Shown piece after piece: positions 21,361 through 31,881 of a stretch of 64,000 nucleotides of DNA (its first letter is position 1; the number at the start of each line of letters is the position of its first letter). Under the pieces are notes generated by a model. The model was not told the origin of the DNA, did no database searches, and saw nothing but the letters and a program-made list of their open reading frames with translations. The DNA lies in contig OZ242311.1 of NCBI GenBank assembly GCA_965207885.1, positions 4,032,001 through 4,096,000 on the forward strand, in the 5' to 3' direction. A program made the translations under genes and the position numbers. Origin of the DNA: Candidatus Latescibacterota bacterium. GTDB taxonomy: Bacteria > Latescibacterota > UBA2968.

Positions 21361-21387
21361 AAACAATCAGCAGGTTACTTCGTTCCC
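21361..21387 (-). promoter_or_regulatory. Candidate ECF sigma promoter
   Basis: Minus strand GGAAC-N17-GTTT upstream of the operon that encodes the ECF sigma. Confidence 0.5.
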
Positions 21388-21697
21388 ATGAAAATTGTAA
21401 TAAATTGTTAAAATTGTTATAGTTTGTACACATAAAAAAGACCGACAACTCGCTCCGCTACGCCCTGGAATGTGGCTACATCTGTACAGCGATACCCCAC
21501 ATCTATTCAGAAACGATCCCCGGTCTTGTATTCTTAGATCAGAAAATGGCCTCGCGCGTTCCATACAGGAAAAAAAAACTGACCTATTATTGGTTGGCTC
21601 ATATCAATTGATCCCTTTTCCACTTGCGATAGTGGGAGTATGGCATTAGGTTAAGCACCGATATTTCGAGAACAACACTGGAATAGGAAAGGAGCAG

Positions 21698-22519
21698 ATG
21701 ATGATTCGGTTGGGAACGATGACGAGTGTGTGTCCAGATTGGTCTATCGAGCAGATTATCGATGGGATGCAGCGCCATGGCTTCGAAGGATTGGAGCCTC
21801 GCGCGGGATGGGGACACGCCTCGGGTTTTGAACTGGACATGCCTGCGGCTGCGCGAGATGCAGCGCGGGCGAAAATGGAAGATGCCGGACTAAAAATATC
21901 CTGTGTAGCTACCGGGGCAAAATTTGCGGCTGAAGATCCCGCTGTTCTGGACCAGTCCATCGCCGAGGCCAACGCAGCAATAGATCTCGCGGCTGATCTG
22001 GGGGCCGGATTGATTCGCACATTTGGCGGCGCACGCGGTAAGGGCGAAGTATTCTGGATGGTGAACCGCACGGCTGAGGCATATAAGCGCGTAATGGATC
22101 ACGCGGCCGAACGCGGCGTCATAGTAATGATGGAAACGCACGACGAGTGGTGTGTCTCGACGCAAGTACGCGCAGTGGTTGAAAAGGTAAATCACCCCAA
22201 TCTGGGTATCTTGTGGGACCTGATGCACCCACAGCGCCACATGGAACGCCCCGAAGAAACCATGCAGACGATTGGTGCGATGACCAAACACCTGCACGCA
22301 CACGACGGGCGTTATGACACCGAAAATGGAAAAATTACAACAGTTGCTCTGGGCGAAGGCGACCTGGACTATGTCACGCCCCTAAAATTATTGCACGATG
22401 CCGAATTTGATGGCTTCTTTTCCGTGGAAGTAATCCACAAGTCCGGCAGCGATCACGATGCAGATGCAACCTTAAAAGCGTATGGCGATGGATTCAGAAA
22501 AATTGTCGCAAATTTTTAA
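21698..22519 (+). CDS. Sugar phosphate isomerase/epimerase (xylose isomerase-like TIM barrel)
   Basis: METHD, LWD.MH, HLHAHD, FSVE metal ligands. Confidence 0.85.
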   Translation: MMIRLGTMTSVCPDWSIEQIIDGMQRHGFEGLEPRAGWGHASGFELDMPAAARDAARAKMEDAGLKISCVATGAKFAAEDPAVLDQSIAEANAAIDLAADLGAGLIRTFGGARGKGEVFWMVNRTAEAYKRVMDHAAERGVIVMMETHDEWCVSTQVRAVVEKVNHPNLGILWDLMHPQRHMERPEETMQTIGAMTKHLHAHDGRYDTENGKITTVALGEGDLDYVTPLKLLHDAEFDGFFSVEVIHKSGSDHDADATLKAYGDGFRKIVANF

Positions 22520-22531
22520 TTGGAGAATAGC

Positions 22532-23953
22532 ATGGCAAAACAAAATGTAATCTTATTTGGAATCGACAGTTTGTGGTCCGATCACATGAGTTGTTATGGC
22601 TATAATCGGCTCACAACACCGCATATCGACAAATTTGCCACACAGGGCGTCTTATTCGAAAACACATTTAGCGCGCATATTCCCACCACACCGGCCTATG
22701 CGTCAATGCTCACGGGCATGGATTGTTTTTCGACCGATGTCGTGGCACTGCGCCACCGCGGCGGATTGACAGAAGATGTCACTACCTTGCCCGAAATTTT
22801 GAGTGGAGAAGGCTATGAAACCGTATGTGTGGGCTTTACGGGAAATCCGAGTTCTCGCGGGTTTGATGAATATGTGAACTTCAGAGCGTGGGGAAGTTGG
22901 GACGAGCGCCCCCTGCGCAAAGCCGAATTGCTCAACGAAGTGACATTGCCCGAACTGGAACGCCTGGCCGCGGGTGACAAACCGTTTTTCCTATTTTTGC
23001 GACACATGGATCCGCACGCACCCTATTTGCCGCCGCCACCGTACGATTCGATGTTCTACAGCAAAGACCCGTGCGACCCGTCCAAAACCACCATGGAACC
23101 GGTAAAAGCATTTAAACCGTTTCGAGATTTCCATTTGAGCTGGATGCCGCCGGGTATTACCGACGCCGATTTTGTGGTGGCGCAATACGACGGTGAAATC
23201 GCCTATATGGATGCGTGTATCCAGCGCCTGCTCACCCGTGTTGACGAACTGGGCCTGAGAGATAATACCCTGGTCGTAATCAACGGCGACCACGGCGAGA
23301 CCCTCGACGAGCACGATTGCTATTTTGATCACCATGGGATGTATGAGTGCACCTTGAAAGTACCCCTCGCAATGCGTCTGCCCGGACAGTTGCCCGAAGG
23401 CGTGCGCGTAAAGGGCTACAATCAGCACAAAGACCTGACACCGACGATCCTGGAACTCCTGAATGTAGAGACAGACATCGCGTTTGACGGACGCAGCTTG
23501 ATTCCGATGGTTGAGGGAAAACGCCACACGCACGAATCGGAGTTTTATATTACCGAGTGTACCTGGATGCGAAAACACGGCTGGCGCACCCCTGAATGGA
23601 AATTGATCATAGCATTGGAACCCGACTTCCATTTTAAGCCGGAAGTAGAGCTTTACAATCTAATTCAAGATCCGGGCGAGACCACGAATCTCGCGGACCA
23701 GGAACCCGAAATGGTCGCCCTGTTGCGCGGGCGAATGGAAGCCTATATTGCCAAACGCGAAAAAGAAGTGGGCCATACCAATCCCATGTACACAAACCTG
23801 AACTGGCACGGCCGCAAGAATTACGACGGACCTTTCAAATCCTCAGAAGATGCATATAACTACATGCACATCGGTTCTGCCAGCCAGGCCGCGCGGTTGC
23901 AGGCGGGGAATAAGAAGGTGGAAGGGACTGTTGAAGAGAAAAGTAAGAAGTGA
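22532..23953 (+). CDS. Sulfatase-like hydrolase (alkaline phosphatase superfamily, Thr at the nucleophile site)
   Basis: IDSL, TPHIDKFA, PTTPAYASMLTG, DPHAPY, GDHGE, ELYNL..DPGE. Confidence 0.85.
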   Translation: MAKQNVILFGIDSLWSDHMSCYGYNRLTTPHIDKFATQGVLFENTFSAHIPTTPAYASMLTGMDCFSTDVVALRHRGGLTEDVTTLPEILSGEGYETVCVGFTGNPSSRGFDEYVNFRAWGSWDERPLRKAELLNEVTLPELERLAAGDKPFFLFLRHMDPHAPYLPPPPYDSMFYSKDPCDPSKTTMEPVKAFKPFRDFHLSWMPPGITDADFVVAQYDGEIAYMDACIQRLLTRVDELGLRDNTLVVINGDHGETLDEHDCYFDHHGMYECTLKVPLAMRLPGQLPEGVRVKGYNQHKDLTPTILELLNVETDIAFDGRSLIPMVEGKRHTHESEFYITECTWMRKHGWRTPEWKLIIALEPDFHFKPEVELYNLIQDPGETTNLADQEPEMVALLRGRMEAYIAKREKEVGHTNPMYTNLNWHGRKNYDGPFKSSEDAYNYMHIGSASQAARLQAGNKKVEGTVEEKSKK

Positions 23954-23965
23954 GAGGAATATAAC

Positions 23966-25099
23966 ATGGCCATTGATACCATCACATCCGAAGCTATTGA
24001 AGTAATCAATCCAACTGGAAGGCGCGTATTACAACTGACGACAAATACGCGGCGATCGGTGCATGGGTATTACGATCTACCCCCGTGGTCGCCTGTGGAT
24101 GGGCGCATCGCATTTAGCCGCATGGATGCACCGGATTCAAAAACAGGCGATATTTGCGTCATGGATGCCGATGGGGACAACTTGCACAAAGTGGCCGAAT
24201 CCCGTGCGATGTCCTCCAATGGCGGCGCGCTGGCGCAATGGGCGTCGGATGGATCGCGAGTGTACTTCAAGGACCGAGACCGCGAAACCCGTCTGATCGG
24301 ATGGGTCGATCCGGACACCGGTATATCGGGCACGCATCCCGGAGACCTGCGGATGATTTCACCCGCTGGACACCTGCATGCCTATCACACGATGCACGGA
24401 GATTACGCCGAGGACGACGTGCCCAAAATGAAAGACGTACACGGTGTCTTCGCACAGGATTTAGAAACAAGGGAATCCAAACAACTCGCAACCCTCTCCG
24501 ATTGCCTGACACTCCATCCCCGTCGGGATGAAATTGCCGACTGGCATTTGTTTGTCAAGCACACCAAATGGTCGCCCGATGGATCGCGGATGATGTTTGT
24601 ATTCACCAACGAAATCCATTTTGATCGGAAATACGGCGAACTCCCCAGAGTAAAAGATGTGTACGTCATCAATGCCGATGGCTCCAACCTCAAGCGCATA
24701 GGCGAATTTGGCAACCACCCCCTGTGGCATCCCAATGGTCGAGAAATACTGACCAACAGCCCGTTTGAAGGCTCACCGGGTAATAAACTGGTACTGACCG
24801 ATGTGGAAACGGGTGAAGAGCGTCTGGCTGTGACCTGTGCAAAAGGATCGGGACATCCCTCCTTTTCACCAGACGGCAAATACATTGTCATAGATGTCGT
24901 AAACCACACAACAAAAGAAGCCAAATTCCTGCTCGTCGATGTCGAAACCGATACCGCTGAAACGCTATTGGAACTCCCTGTCTTCGATCACTCTCATGCC
25001 GGAACCCATCTACACCCGGTATGGCGGCAAGATAGCTCGCAGATTTTATACGCCAGCGATGCGTCCGAAATTTGCCAGTTATGTGTGTGTGACGTGTAA
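23966..25099 (+). CDS. TolB-like/oligogalacturonate-lyase-like beta-propeller protein
   Basis: PD40-like repeats WSPVDG, WSPDG, HPSFSPDG, HLHP. Confidence 0.7.
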   Translation: MAIDTITSEAIEVINPTGRRVLQLTTNTRRSVHGYYDLPPWSPVDGRIAFSRMDAPDSKTGDICVMDADGDNLHKVAESRAMSSNGGALAQWASDGSRVYFKDRDRETRLIGWVDPDTGISGTHPGDLRMISPAGHLHAYHTMHGDYAEDDVPKMKDVHGVFAQDLETRESKQLATLSDCLTLHPRRDEIADWHLFVKHTKWSPDGSRMMFVFTNEIHFDRKYGELPRVKDVYVINADGSNLKRIGEFGNHPLWHPNGREILTNSPFEGSPGNKLVLTDVETGEERLAVTCAKGSGHPSFSPDGKYIVIDVVNHTTKEAKFLLVDVETDTAETLLELPVFDHSHAGTHLHPVWRQDSSQILYASDASEICQLCVCDV

Positions 25100-25110
25100 A
25101 GGAGAACCCC

Positions 25111-25944
25111 ATGCCCGTGAAATCCGTTTACATGATGACCGATTTGGAAGGCTCGGCTGGAGTAGATGATTGGGACCCGAGACACCGGGATGATGCAACA
25201 ACCGCAAAAGGCGTGTACGACCGCGCCGAGATGCAGCGATTATTGACCGGAGAAGTCAACGCCGCAGCCGAAGGATTATTTGCAGCAGGCGTAGAAGAGA
25301 TAATCATCAACGACGCACATGGAGCGGGGCGCACGATTTTGTCAGAAGAATTGATCTCAGGTGTAAAACTCGTACAGGGCGTCAACCGCCCCTGCTGGCT
25401 GCCGGGATTATCCCCCAGATTTGATGCATTGATCCAATTGGGCATGCATGCGATGACCAACACGCCCAACGGATGTCTCGCACATTCGATGAGCCGCAGA
25501 ATGGTCTATCGCGTCAATGGTGCCGAAGTCGGCGAGATGGAAATGGCGGCTTATTTGTGTGGCCATCTGGGTATTCCCTGGGTCTTTACATCGGGCGATC
25601 TGCACGCATGTACCGAATCCCAACGCTGGGTCAATGACATTGTCACAGCACCTGTAAAAGAAGGCCTGGGTGAATTATGTGCGCTCCACCTGGCGCCAGT
25701 AGATGCCCGCACCCTCATCAAGAAGCGCGTTCAAGAAGCCATGGAGATCGTCGAAAATATCGAACCGCTCGTTGCAAAAAGCCCTGTGGTCATGGAAGTC
25801 ACGCGCCCCGAACCCGGTCGTCTTTCCGTGCCAGAAGGGGTTGAGCGTGTAGATGACTTTACAATTCGGTGTACAGGCGAATCCTTCTGGCAGGTGTTTC
25901 ACAACGTGGTTTATGGCAAACCCGATTTCCCAGTTCCCGCGTAA
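25111..25944 (+). CDS. M55 family D-aminopeptidase (DppA-like)
   Basis: DLEG..GV, EVNAA..G, NDAHG, GMHA, LAHS. Confidence 0.88.
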   Translation: MPVKSVYMMTDLEGSAGVDDWDPRHRDDATTAKGVYDRAEMQRLLTGEVNAAAEGLFAAGVEEIIINDAHGAGRTILSEELISGVKLVQGVNRPCWLPGLSPRFDALIQLGMHAMTNTPNGCLAHSMSRRMVYRVNGAEVGEMEMAAYLCGHLGIPWVFTSGDLHACTESQRWVNDIVTAPVKEGLGELCALHLAPVDARTLIKKRVQEAMEIVENIEPLVAKSPVVMEVTRPEPGRLSVPEGVERVDDFTIRCTGESFWQVFHNVVYGKPDFPVPA

Positions 25945-25968
25945 TTTCTTCGCATTATAGGAGGATAT

Positions 25969-26676
25969 ATGAAAGTCAAAATAGAGAATCAATTTCGAGC
26001 GCCTTATGGCGTACCAAATGGTTTGCAACTCACAGATGATGGTTTGTGGATTGTAGATCAGATGACTGACCGGGTAGCGTTGATGAGTATGAAAGATGAG
26101 GACAAAGACGATTATTACGGCAATCGCCGCCTGTTGAGAGACATCCCATCAGAATCCTCCAACACCAGTGGCATGGCCGCAGGTGATGGATCATTGTGGT
26201 TGGCGGCCAATGGACCGGGACAACGCTGGCGGCTGCCGCGCAAGACCGATGCGCCCCAGGGTGAAGTTCTGCGCGTAGATCCCTGTAACGGTGAAACACA
26301 GGGACGCTGGGCACTGCCCACGGGCGGCGGCACGCACGGCGTAGAATACGACGCAATTGAACCGGGTACATTGTGGCTGACCACGTTAAAAGAACAGACC
26401 ATTACGCAGATGCGCATTAAAGACTGGTCCGTCATCCGCACATTAAAACTGCCCTTGCATCGCGCACACGGCGTCGTGCGAATGGAAGAAGATTCGATCT
26501 GGGTCGTTCATACAGGTGATCGAGTCATTGTAAATCTGGACCTGGCGACAAATGCAGAACTCGATCGCATAGAAGTGCCCGAACCCCATCCCGAACCACA
26601 CGGATTATCCATCTGCAACGGTGGATTTTTGTATTGCGATGCCACATCGGGGTGGGTTGCCAAAATTTCGTGGTGA
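25969..26676 (+). CDS. Hypothetical beta-propeller protein
   Basis: Repeated PNGL/THGV/AHGV/PHGL..LW motifs; RBS AGGAGG. Confidence 0.6.
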   Translation: MKVKIENQFRAPYGVPNGLQLTDDGLWIVDQMTDRVALMSMKDEDKDDYYGNRRLLRDIPSESSNTSGMAAGDGSLWLAANGPGQRWRLPRKTDAPQGEVLRVDPCNGETQGRWALPTGGGTHGVEYDAIEPGTLWLTTLKEQTITQMRIKDWSVIRTLKLPLHRAHGVVRMEEDSIWVVHTGDRVIVNLDLATNAELDRIEVPEPHPEPHGLSICNGGFLYCDATSGWVAKISW

Positions 26677-26702
26677 CGGGACACGCCTATTATCTTCCAA
26701 TT

Positions 26703-26730
26703 AGCCCCGGTCCTCCGGGGCTTTTCTTTC
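26703..26730 (+). terminator. Intrinsic terminator/attenuator hairpin
   Basis: AGCCCCGG-tcct-CCGGGGCT followed by a T-rich tract. Confidence 0.6.
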
Positions 26731-26745
26731 TCACAACTGAGGTAC

Positions 26746-28335
26746 GTGATGCGTGATCGAGCAGTAATCGGAGTCGATGTGGGCACAGGCAGCGTGCGGG
26801 CAGGCGTATTTGACTTAGACGGCACCATGTTGGGCACAGCATCGTCACCCATCCTGGAATTTAATCCCAAACCCGATTTTTACGAACAATCCTCGGAGAA
26901 TATCTGGGCAGAAACCGGAAAAGTCGTTCGCCAGGCCATCGCTCAATCTGGCCTCTCGCCCGATGCAATAATCGGCATGAGTTTTGACGCAACCTGTTCT
27001 CTCGTCGTCCTGGATGCTGCTGGACAGCCCCTGACCGTATCTGAAACGGGCGAAACCGAGCGCAACATCATCGTGTGGCGCGATCATCGCGCAATAAACC
27101 AGGTAAATCGCATCAATGCGGGTGGATATGATGTGTTGCAATACGTCGGGGGCACGATGTCGCCCGAGCAAGAACCGCCAAAACTATTGTGGATCAAAGA
27201 AAACCTGCCCGAAACATGGCAAAAAGCGGGCAAATTTTTTGACCTGGCGGATTTTATGGTCTATAAAGCAACGGGAGCCGACCGCCGCAGTTTGTGTACC
27301 AACGTGTGCAAATGGACCTATCTGGGCCATGAATCGCGCTGGGATCGCAACTTCTTTGACGCCATTGGTCTGGGCGATTTATTCGACGGCGGAAAAGTGA
27401 CAGAAGATGTCGCACCCATGGGCGAAAACTCGGGCACACTGAGTGCAGAAGCCGCCGATTTGATGGGATTGACAAGGCAAACCGCCGTAGGGGTAGGCAT
27501 TATCGATGCACATGCAGGGGGCATTGGCGTTGGGGTCAGCGAACCGATTTTGGCATTGATCGGCGGCACCTCGTCGTGCCACATGGCAGTATCAAAAGAC
27601 GCGCGATTTATCCCCGGCGTGTGGGGACCTTACTTCGGAGCGATGCTACCGGGTTTGTGGCTCAGCGAAGGCGGACAGAGTGCAACGGGCGCGTTATTGG
27701 ACCACACCATCGAGCGATTTGGCATGGTCAAAGAAGAAGATCACTACTGGCATGTACTCACCGGAAAAGAAATCAATGCCGTGTACGCAGAACTCAACGC
27801 GTACATCGCCGCAAAAGGCGTGCGCTCTGATTGGACAGAACGGCTGCATATTTTGCCCGACCACCACGGCAACCGCTCTCCCAAAGCCGACCCCAACGCA
27901 CGGGGAATGATGGATGGCTTGACCCTGGATATGTCCTACAATACACTGGCGCAAATTTATCACGCAACCATCCAGGCAGTAGCTTATGGCACGCGCAATA
28001 TCATCGACGAAATGGAAAAACAAGGCTACGCAATCGAGCAGATCAATGCGTGTGGGGGCGGCACAAAAAACGAACTGTGGATACGCGAACACGCCGACGC
28101 CACACAGCGTCCCATTCATCTACCCAAAGAACCCGAAGCCGTACTGTTGGGATCAGCAATCCTCGGTGCCGTCGCCGCAGGTGCCTATGCATCAATTCAG
28201 GAAGCGATGGGCGCAATGTGTCACGCGGGCGAAGTCATCGAACCCAATCGAGACACCGCAGATTATCACGCCTGGAAATACGAACAACAATTGACCATGT
28301 ACGACCAGCATGTGAACCGACGCAACATCGACTAA
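26746..28335 (+). CDS. FGGY-family carbohydrate (pentulose/ribulo-) kinase
   Basis: GVDVGTGSVRAG, FDATCSL, IDAHAGG, GTSSCHM, GNRSP. Confidence 0.92.
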   Translation: MMRDRAVIGVDVGTGSVRAGVFDLDGTMLGTASSPILEFNPKPDFYEQSSENIWAETGKVVRQAIAQSGLSPDAIIGMSFDATCSLVVLDAAGQPLTVSETGETERNIIVWRDHRAINQVNRINAGGYDVLQYVGGTMSPEQEPPKLLWIKENLPETWQKAGKFFDLADFMVYKATGADRRSLCTNVCKWTYLGHESRWDRNFFDAIGLGDLFDGGKVTEDVAPMGENSGTLSAEAADLMGLTRQTAVGVGIIDAHAGGIGVGVSEPILALIGGTSSCHMAVSKDARFIPGVWGPYFGAMLPGLWLSEGGQSATGALLDHTIERFGMVKEEDHYWHVLTGKEINAVYAELNAYIAAKGVRSDWTERLHILPDHHGNRSPKADPNARGMMDGLTLDMSYNTLAQIYHATIQAVAYGTRNIIDEMEKQGYAIEQINACGGGTKNELWIREHADATQRPIHLPKEPEAVLLGSAILGAVAAGAYASIQEAMGAMCHAGEVIEPNRDTADYHAWKYEQQLTMYDQHVNRRNID

Positions 28336-28410
28336 TCAGAAATTCGGTTGTGTTTCGCGCGATATCACATTAGCATGGAATTGTTAATTATCAACTGAAG
28401 GAGATAAACC

Positions 28411-29244
28411 GTGAAAATCGGATACGGCACTTATGCAATGCAAACGGAAAATATCTTCGACGCGCTTCCTCGCCTGCGCGACATAGGTTACGAAGCCCTC
28501 GAAATCAACACAGGTGACGACTGGCCCACTGCCCCGCACAAACTCGACACCGCTACCCGCGAAACACTCGCCAAAACCATCCAGGACCTCGGCTTTGAAT
28601 CCCCCGTCACCATGGCCTTGATGCCCATCTGCACACAGGGTGATAGCCGTCCCGCCATCCTCGAAAAATTTGACGACGCCTGTATCCTCGCCAGTGACCT
28701 CGCCTTCGGTGATAGCCCCGGCATCATCGTCAGCACACTCGGCGGACTGCACGGCACATGGGACGAAGTCAAACACACCTATTGCGATCAACTCATCGAA
28801 TTGGGCGACCGCGCCGCCAAACACAACGTCATCCTCGCAACCGAACCCCATGCGGGCCACCCACTCGACACACCCCAAAAAGTCGATTGGCTCATGCGCC
28901 AAACCAATCACGACAACGTCAAAGTCAATTTCGACATGAGCCACTTTTACGTTGACGGTATCGACCTCCAGCCGAGCGTTGACCTGTGCGCCCCCTATAC
29001 CGTCTCCACCCACATCAAAGACGGTCATCGCGTCAACGGACAGGTGCGCTATCTCCTACCCGGCGAAGGCGACTTCGACCTCGTCGCCTACTTTAAAGCC
29101 GTCGCAGCCGCAGGCATCACCGTCCCAATCACCGTCGAAGTCACCGCGCAAATCTGGAGACAACCCGAATACGACCCCTGGCCCATCGCCGAACAATGCT
29201 TCAGTGCACTCGACAACGCGCGCACAGAAGCAGGTGTTACATAG
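28411..29244 (+). CDS. Sugar phosphate isomerase/epimerase
   Basis: EPH, NFDMSH, THIKD, PGEGDFD, ITVE. Confidence 0.85.
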   Translation: MKIGYGTYAMQTENIFDALPRLRDIGYEALEINTGDDWPTAPHKLDTATRETLAKTIQDLGFESPVTMALMPICTQGDSRPAILEKFDDACILASDLAFGDSPGIIVSTLGGLHGTWDEVKHTYCDQLIELGDRAAKHNVILATEPHAGHPLDTPQKVDWLMRQTNHDNVKVNFDMSHFYVDGIDLQPSVDLCAPYTVSTHIKDGHRVNGQVRYLLPGEGDFDLVAYFKAVAAAGITVPITVEVTAQIWRQPEYDPWPIAEQCFSALDNARTEAGVT

Positions 29245-29263
29245 ATAAATCAAAAATTCAATC

Positions 29264-30685
29264 ATGCCCTACAACATCCTCCTCATCCTGACCGATCAAC
29301 AGCGCTGGGACTCACTCGGTTGTTGCGGTGTAAGCGGCGTACACACCCCCAACCTCGACCGCCTTGCCCGTGAAGGCACGCGCTACGACCAGTGCTATGT
29401 CAACAACCCGATATGCACGCCCAGTCGCGCCAGTCTCTGGACCGGTAAACACCTCCCCGGTCACGGCGTCTATCGCCTGCACGATGTTCTACCCCAGGAT
29501 GAAATCCTCTTTCCCCATCACCTGCGCGAAGCCGGATACGACACCGCGCTCTTTGGCAAACTCCACGTTGCCGGTCACATGTGGGAAATGCAATACCGCC
29601 ACCGTTTCGACGGCTTCAACACCTATGAATGGGCACCCGATCCCAATGGGTATCGGGGATGCGACACCGCGTACTTCCGCTGGCTTGCAGTACACCATCC
29701 CGACATTCTCCAGCGCTGGAAACGCGACGGCAACAGCATTGGCCATGTACGCGCCGAAGCCCACTTCACCACCTGGGCAACCGACCGCACCATCGACTAT
29801 CTCCATCGCATGCAGGGCACACACCAGCCCTTCTTCTGTTGCATGAGCGTCTTTGATCCGCACAGTCCCTATACGAATTATCCCAAAGAATACGCCGACT
29901 ACCTCGACATCGATGCCCTGCCCGAACCCTTTGCCGTAGATGAATCCTTTGACCATCGTCCAATTGCACACAGGCGAGAGCACAACGGGCGATCTTTCCC
30001 CTCAACGGACACCCTGCGCGAAAGCCGCATCGGCTACCACGCGGCCATCACCCTCATCGACGAACAAATCGGGCGCGTCTTACAAACACTCAACGATACA
30101 AATTTTGCGGACAACACCATCGTCATCTTTGCCAGCGACCACGGCGACATGCTCGGCGACCACGGCCTCACCGTCAAAGGCGCATACATGTACGACGCCT
30201 GCACCCGGGTGCCCATGATCATCCGCGCACCAAACACATCCGGCGGTCAAGTCATCGACTCGCCCTGCCAACTCCACGACATTGCCGCAACCGCACTCGC
30301 CGTCGCCGGATGCGAACAAACCGACCTCATGCCCGATGCGTGCGACCTCCTGGACACCAACGCCTTGCAACAACGCGGCCATGCCGTCTGCATACACCGC
30401 AACTCGAGCACCACGCGCGGGGGTTATCACAACCCGGAATTGCACATCACCATGTGGCGAGAAAACCGCTACAAACTCAGCATCTACCACGCGCCACAAC
30501 CCGGACCCGACGATTGCCCCGGCGAACTCTTTGACATGGAAACAGACCCCGACGAAATGAACAACCTCTGGTTCGACGCCGACATGTCCGACACGCGCGA
30601 CCAACTCATCCACAAACTCACGACTTTTCTCGTGCAACAAGATGCACAGGGACGCGCGAGAGGTAGCGAAGCCCTGCCACCGTGA
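29264..30685 (+). CDS. Type I (formylglycine) sulfatase
   Basis: DQQR, CTPSRAS, GKLH, SDHGDMLG. Confidence 0.92.
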   Translation: MPYNILLILTDQQRWDSLGCCGVSGVHTPNLDRLAREGTRYDQCYVNNPICTPSRASLWTGKHLPGHGVYRLHDVLPQDEILFPHHLREAGYDTALFGKLHVAGHMWEMQYRHRFDGFNTYEWAPDPNGYRGCDTAYFRWLAVHHPDILQRWKRDGNSIGHVRAEAHFTTWATDRTIDYLHRMQGTHQPFFCCMSVFDPHSPYTNYPKEYADYLDIDALPEPFAVDESFDHRPIAHRREHNGRSFPSTDTLRESRIGYHAAITLIDEQIGRVLQTLNDTNFADNTIVIFASDHGDMLGDHGLTVKGAYMYDACTRVPMIIRAPNTSGGQVIDSPCQLHDIAATALAVAGCEQTDLMPDACDLLDTNALQQRGHAVCIHRNSSTTRGGYHNPELHITMWRENRYKLSIYHAPQPGPDDCPGELFDMETDPDEMNNLWFDADMSDTRDQLIHKLTTFLVQQDAQGRARGSEALPP

Positions 30686-30702
30686 TTTTGGAAAGATAGA
30701 TC

Positions 30703-31869
30703 ATGACAAAAACCATTATCATGCCCAAATACGGGCTTCAGCAAGACAATGGCACCGTCGTTGAATGGCGCGTCAAAGAAGGCGACCATGTCAACAAGGG
30801 CGACATCCTCCTCGACCTGGAAACAGACAAAGCCCTCTTTGAATACGAATCGCCCGAAAGCGGTTACGTCCGCAAACTCATCGCCCAAAACGGCGAAGAA
30901 GTGCCAGTGCTCTCTGTCATTGCCATCATCACCGACGAAGCCGACGAAACCATTGAAAATTTAACACCTGCCATCACTGACTCCCCCACAGAGGAACCGC
31001 GCCAGATAACGGACGACACCGCAGAGCGAGAACCCGCTCTGGAAGCCTCTACCCAGCGCATCAAAAGATCTCCTGCCGCCCATCGCCGCGCCCGCGAACT
31101 CAACATTGACCTCGCCAACATCGCAGGCACGGGTCCCGGTGGTCGCATCGTACTCGCCGATGTCGAACTCGCAGCATCTGCGGCACCATCCTCCACCACA
31201 CTATCGCGCATGCGCCAGGCCATTGGCAGAACCATGGCCTATAGCAAAAGCACCATTCCGCACTTCTACGTTGCCACTGAAATAGACATGACCGACGCGG
31301 AAACCTGGCGCAAAAACCTCGCAGAAACCGACGCCATCAAGCTCTCTGTCACCGACCTCTTTGTCAAGGCCGCCGCCGATGCCCTCACCCAATACCCGGC
31401 GCTCAACGCCAGCCTTGACGGAGATACCGCCGTTATCGTACACGACACAGTCGATATCGGCCTTGCCGTTGGCACCGACGACGGCCTCGTCGTCCCGGTC
31501 ATCCCAAATGCCGATCGGGCATTCCTGACCGACCTCGCCGACGAACGCGGCCAGCGCGTCGAAGAAGCCAGGCAGGGCAGATTGCGCGGCGATGCCAGTG
31601 CCACCTTCACCATCTCAAATCTGGGAATGTATGGCATCACATCCTTCACTGCCATTGTCAATCCCCCCGAAGCCGCCATCTTAGCTGTCGGCGCAGCCAT
31701 CGCGCGCGTTGTCCCCATCGGCGATACCATGACCATCGCCGTTCGCCAAATCGCAGAAGTCACACTCTCCGCCGACCACCGCCTCGTCGATGGCGTGGTC
31801 GCGGCTCAATTTTTACAGGCACTAAAACAAAACCTGGAAGACACGAACAAATTGGAAAGCTGGTTGTGA
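30703..31869 (+). CDS. 2-oxoacid/acetoin dehydrogenase E2 (dihydrolipoamide acyltransferase)
   Basis: Lipoyl ETDKA, E3-binding GTGPGGRI, catalytic DHRLVDG. Confidence 0.93.
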   Translation: MTKTIIMPKYGLQQDNGTVVEWRVKEGDHVNKGDILLDLETDKALFEYESPESGYVRKLIAQNGEEVPVLSVIAIITDEADETIENLTPAITDSPTEEPRQITDDTAEREPALEASTQRIKRSPAAHRRARELNIDLANIAGTGPGGRIVLADVELAASAAPSSTTLSRMRQAIGRTMAYSKSTIPHFYVATEIDMTDAETWRKNLAETDAIKLSVTDLFVKAAADALTQYPALNASLDGDTAVIVHDTVDIGLAVGTDDGLVVPVIPNADRAFLTDLADERGQRVEEARQGRLRGDASATFTISNLGMYGITSFTAIVNPPEAAILAVGAAIARVVPIGDTMTIAVRQIAEVTLSADHRLVDGVVAAQFLQALKQNLEDTNKLESWL

Positions 31870-31881
31870 AAAGGAGCCTTT

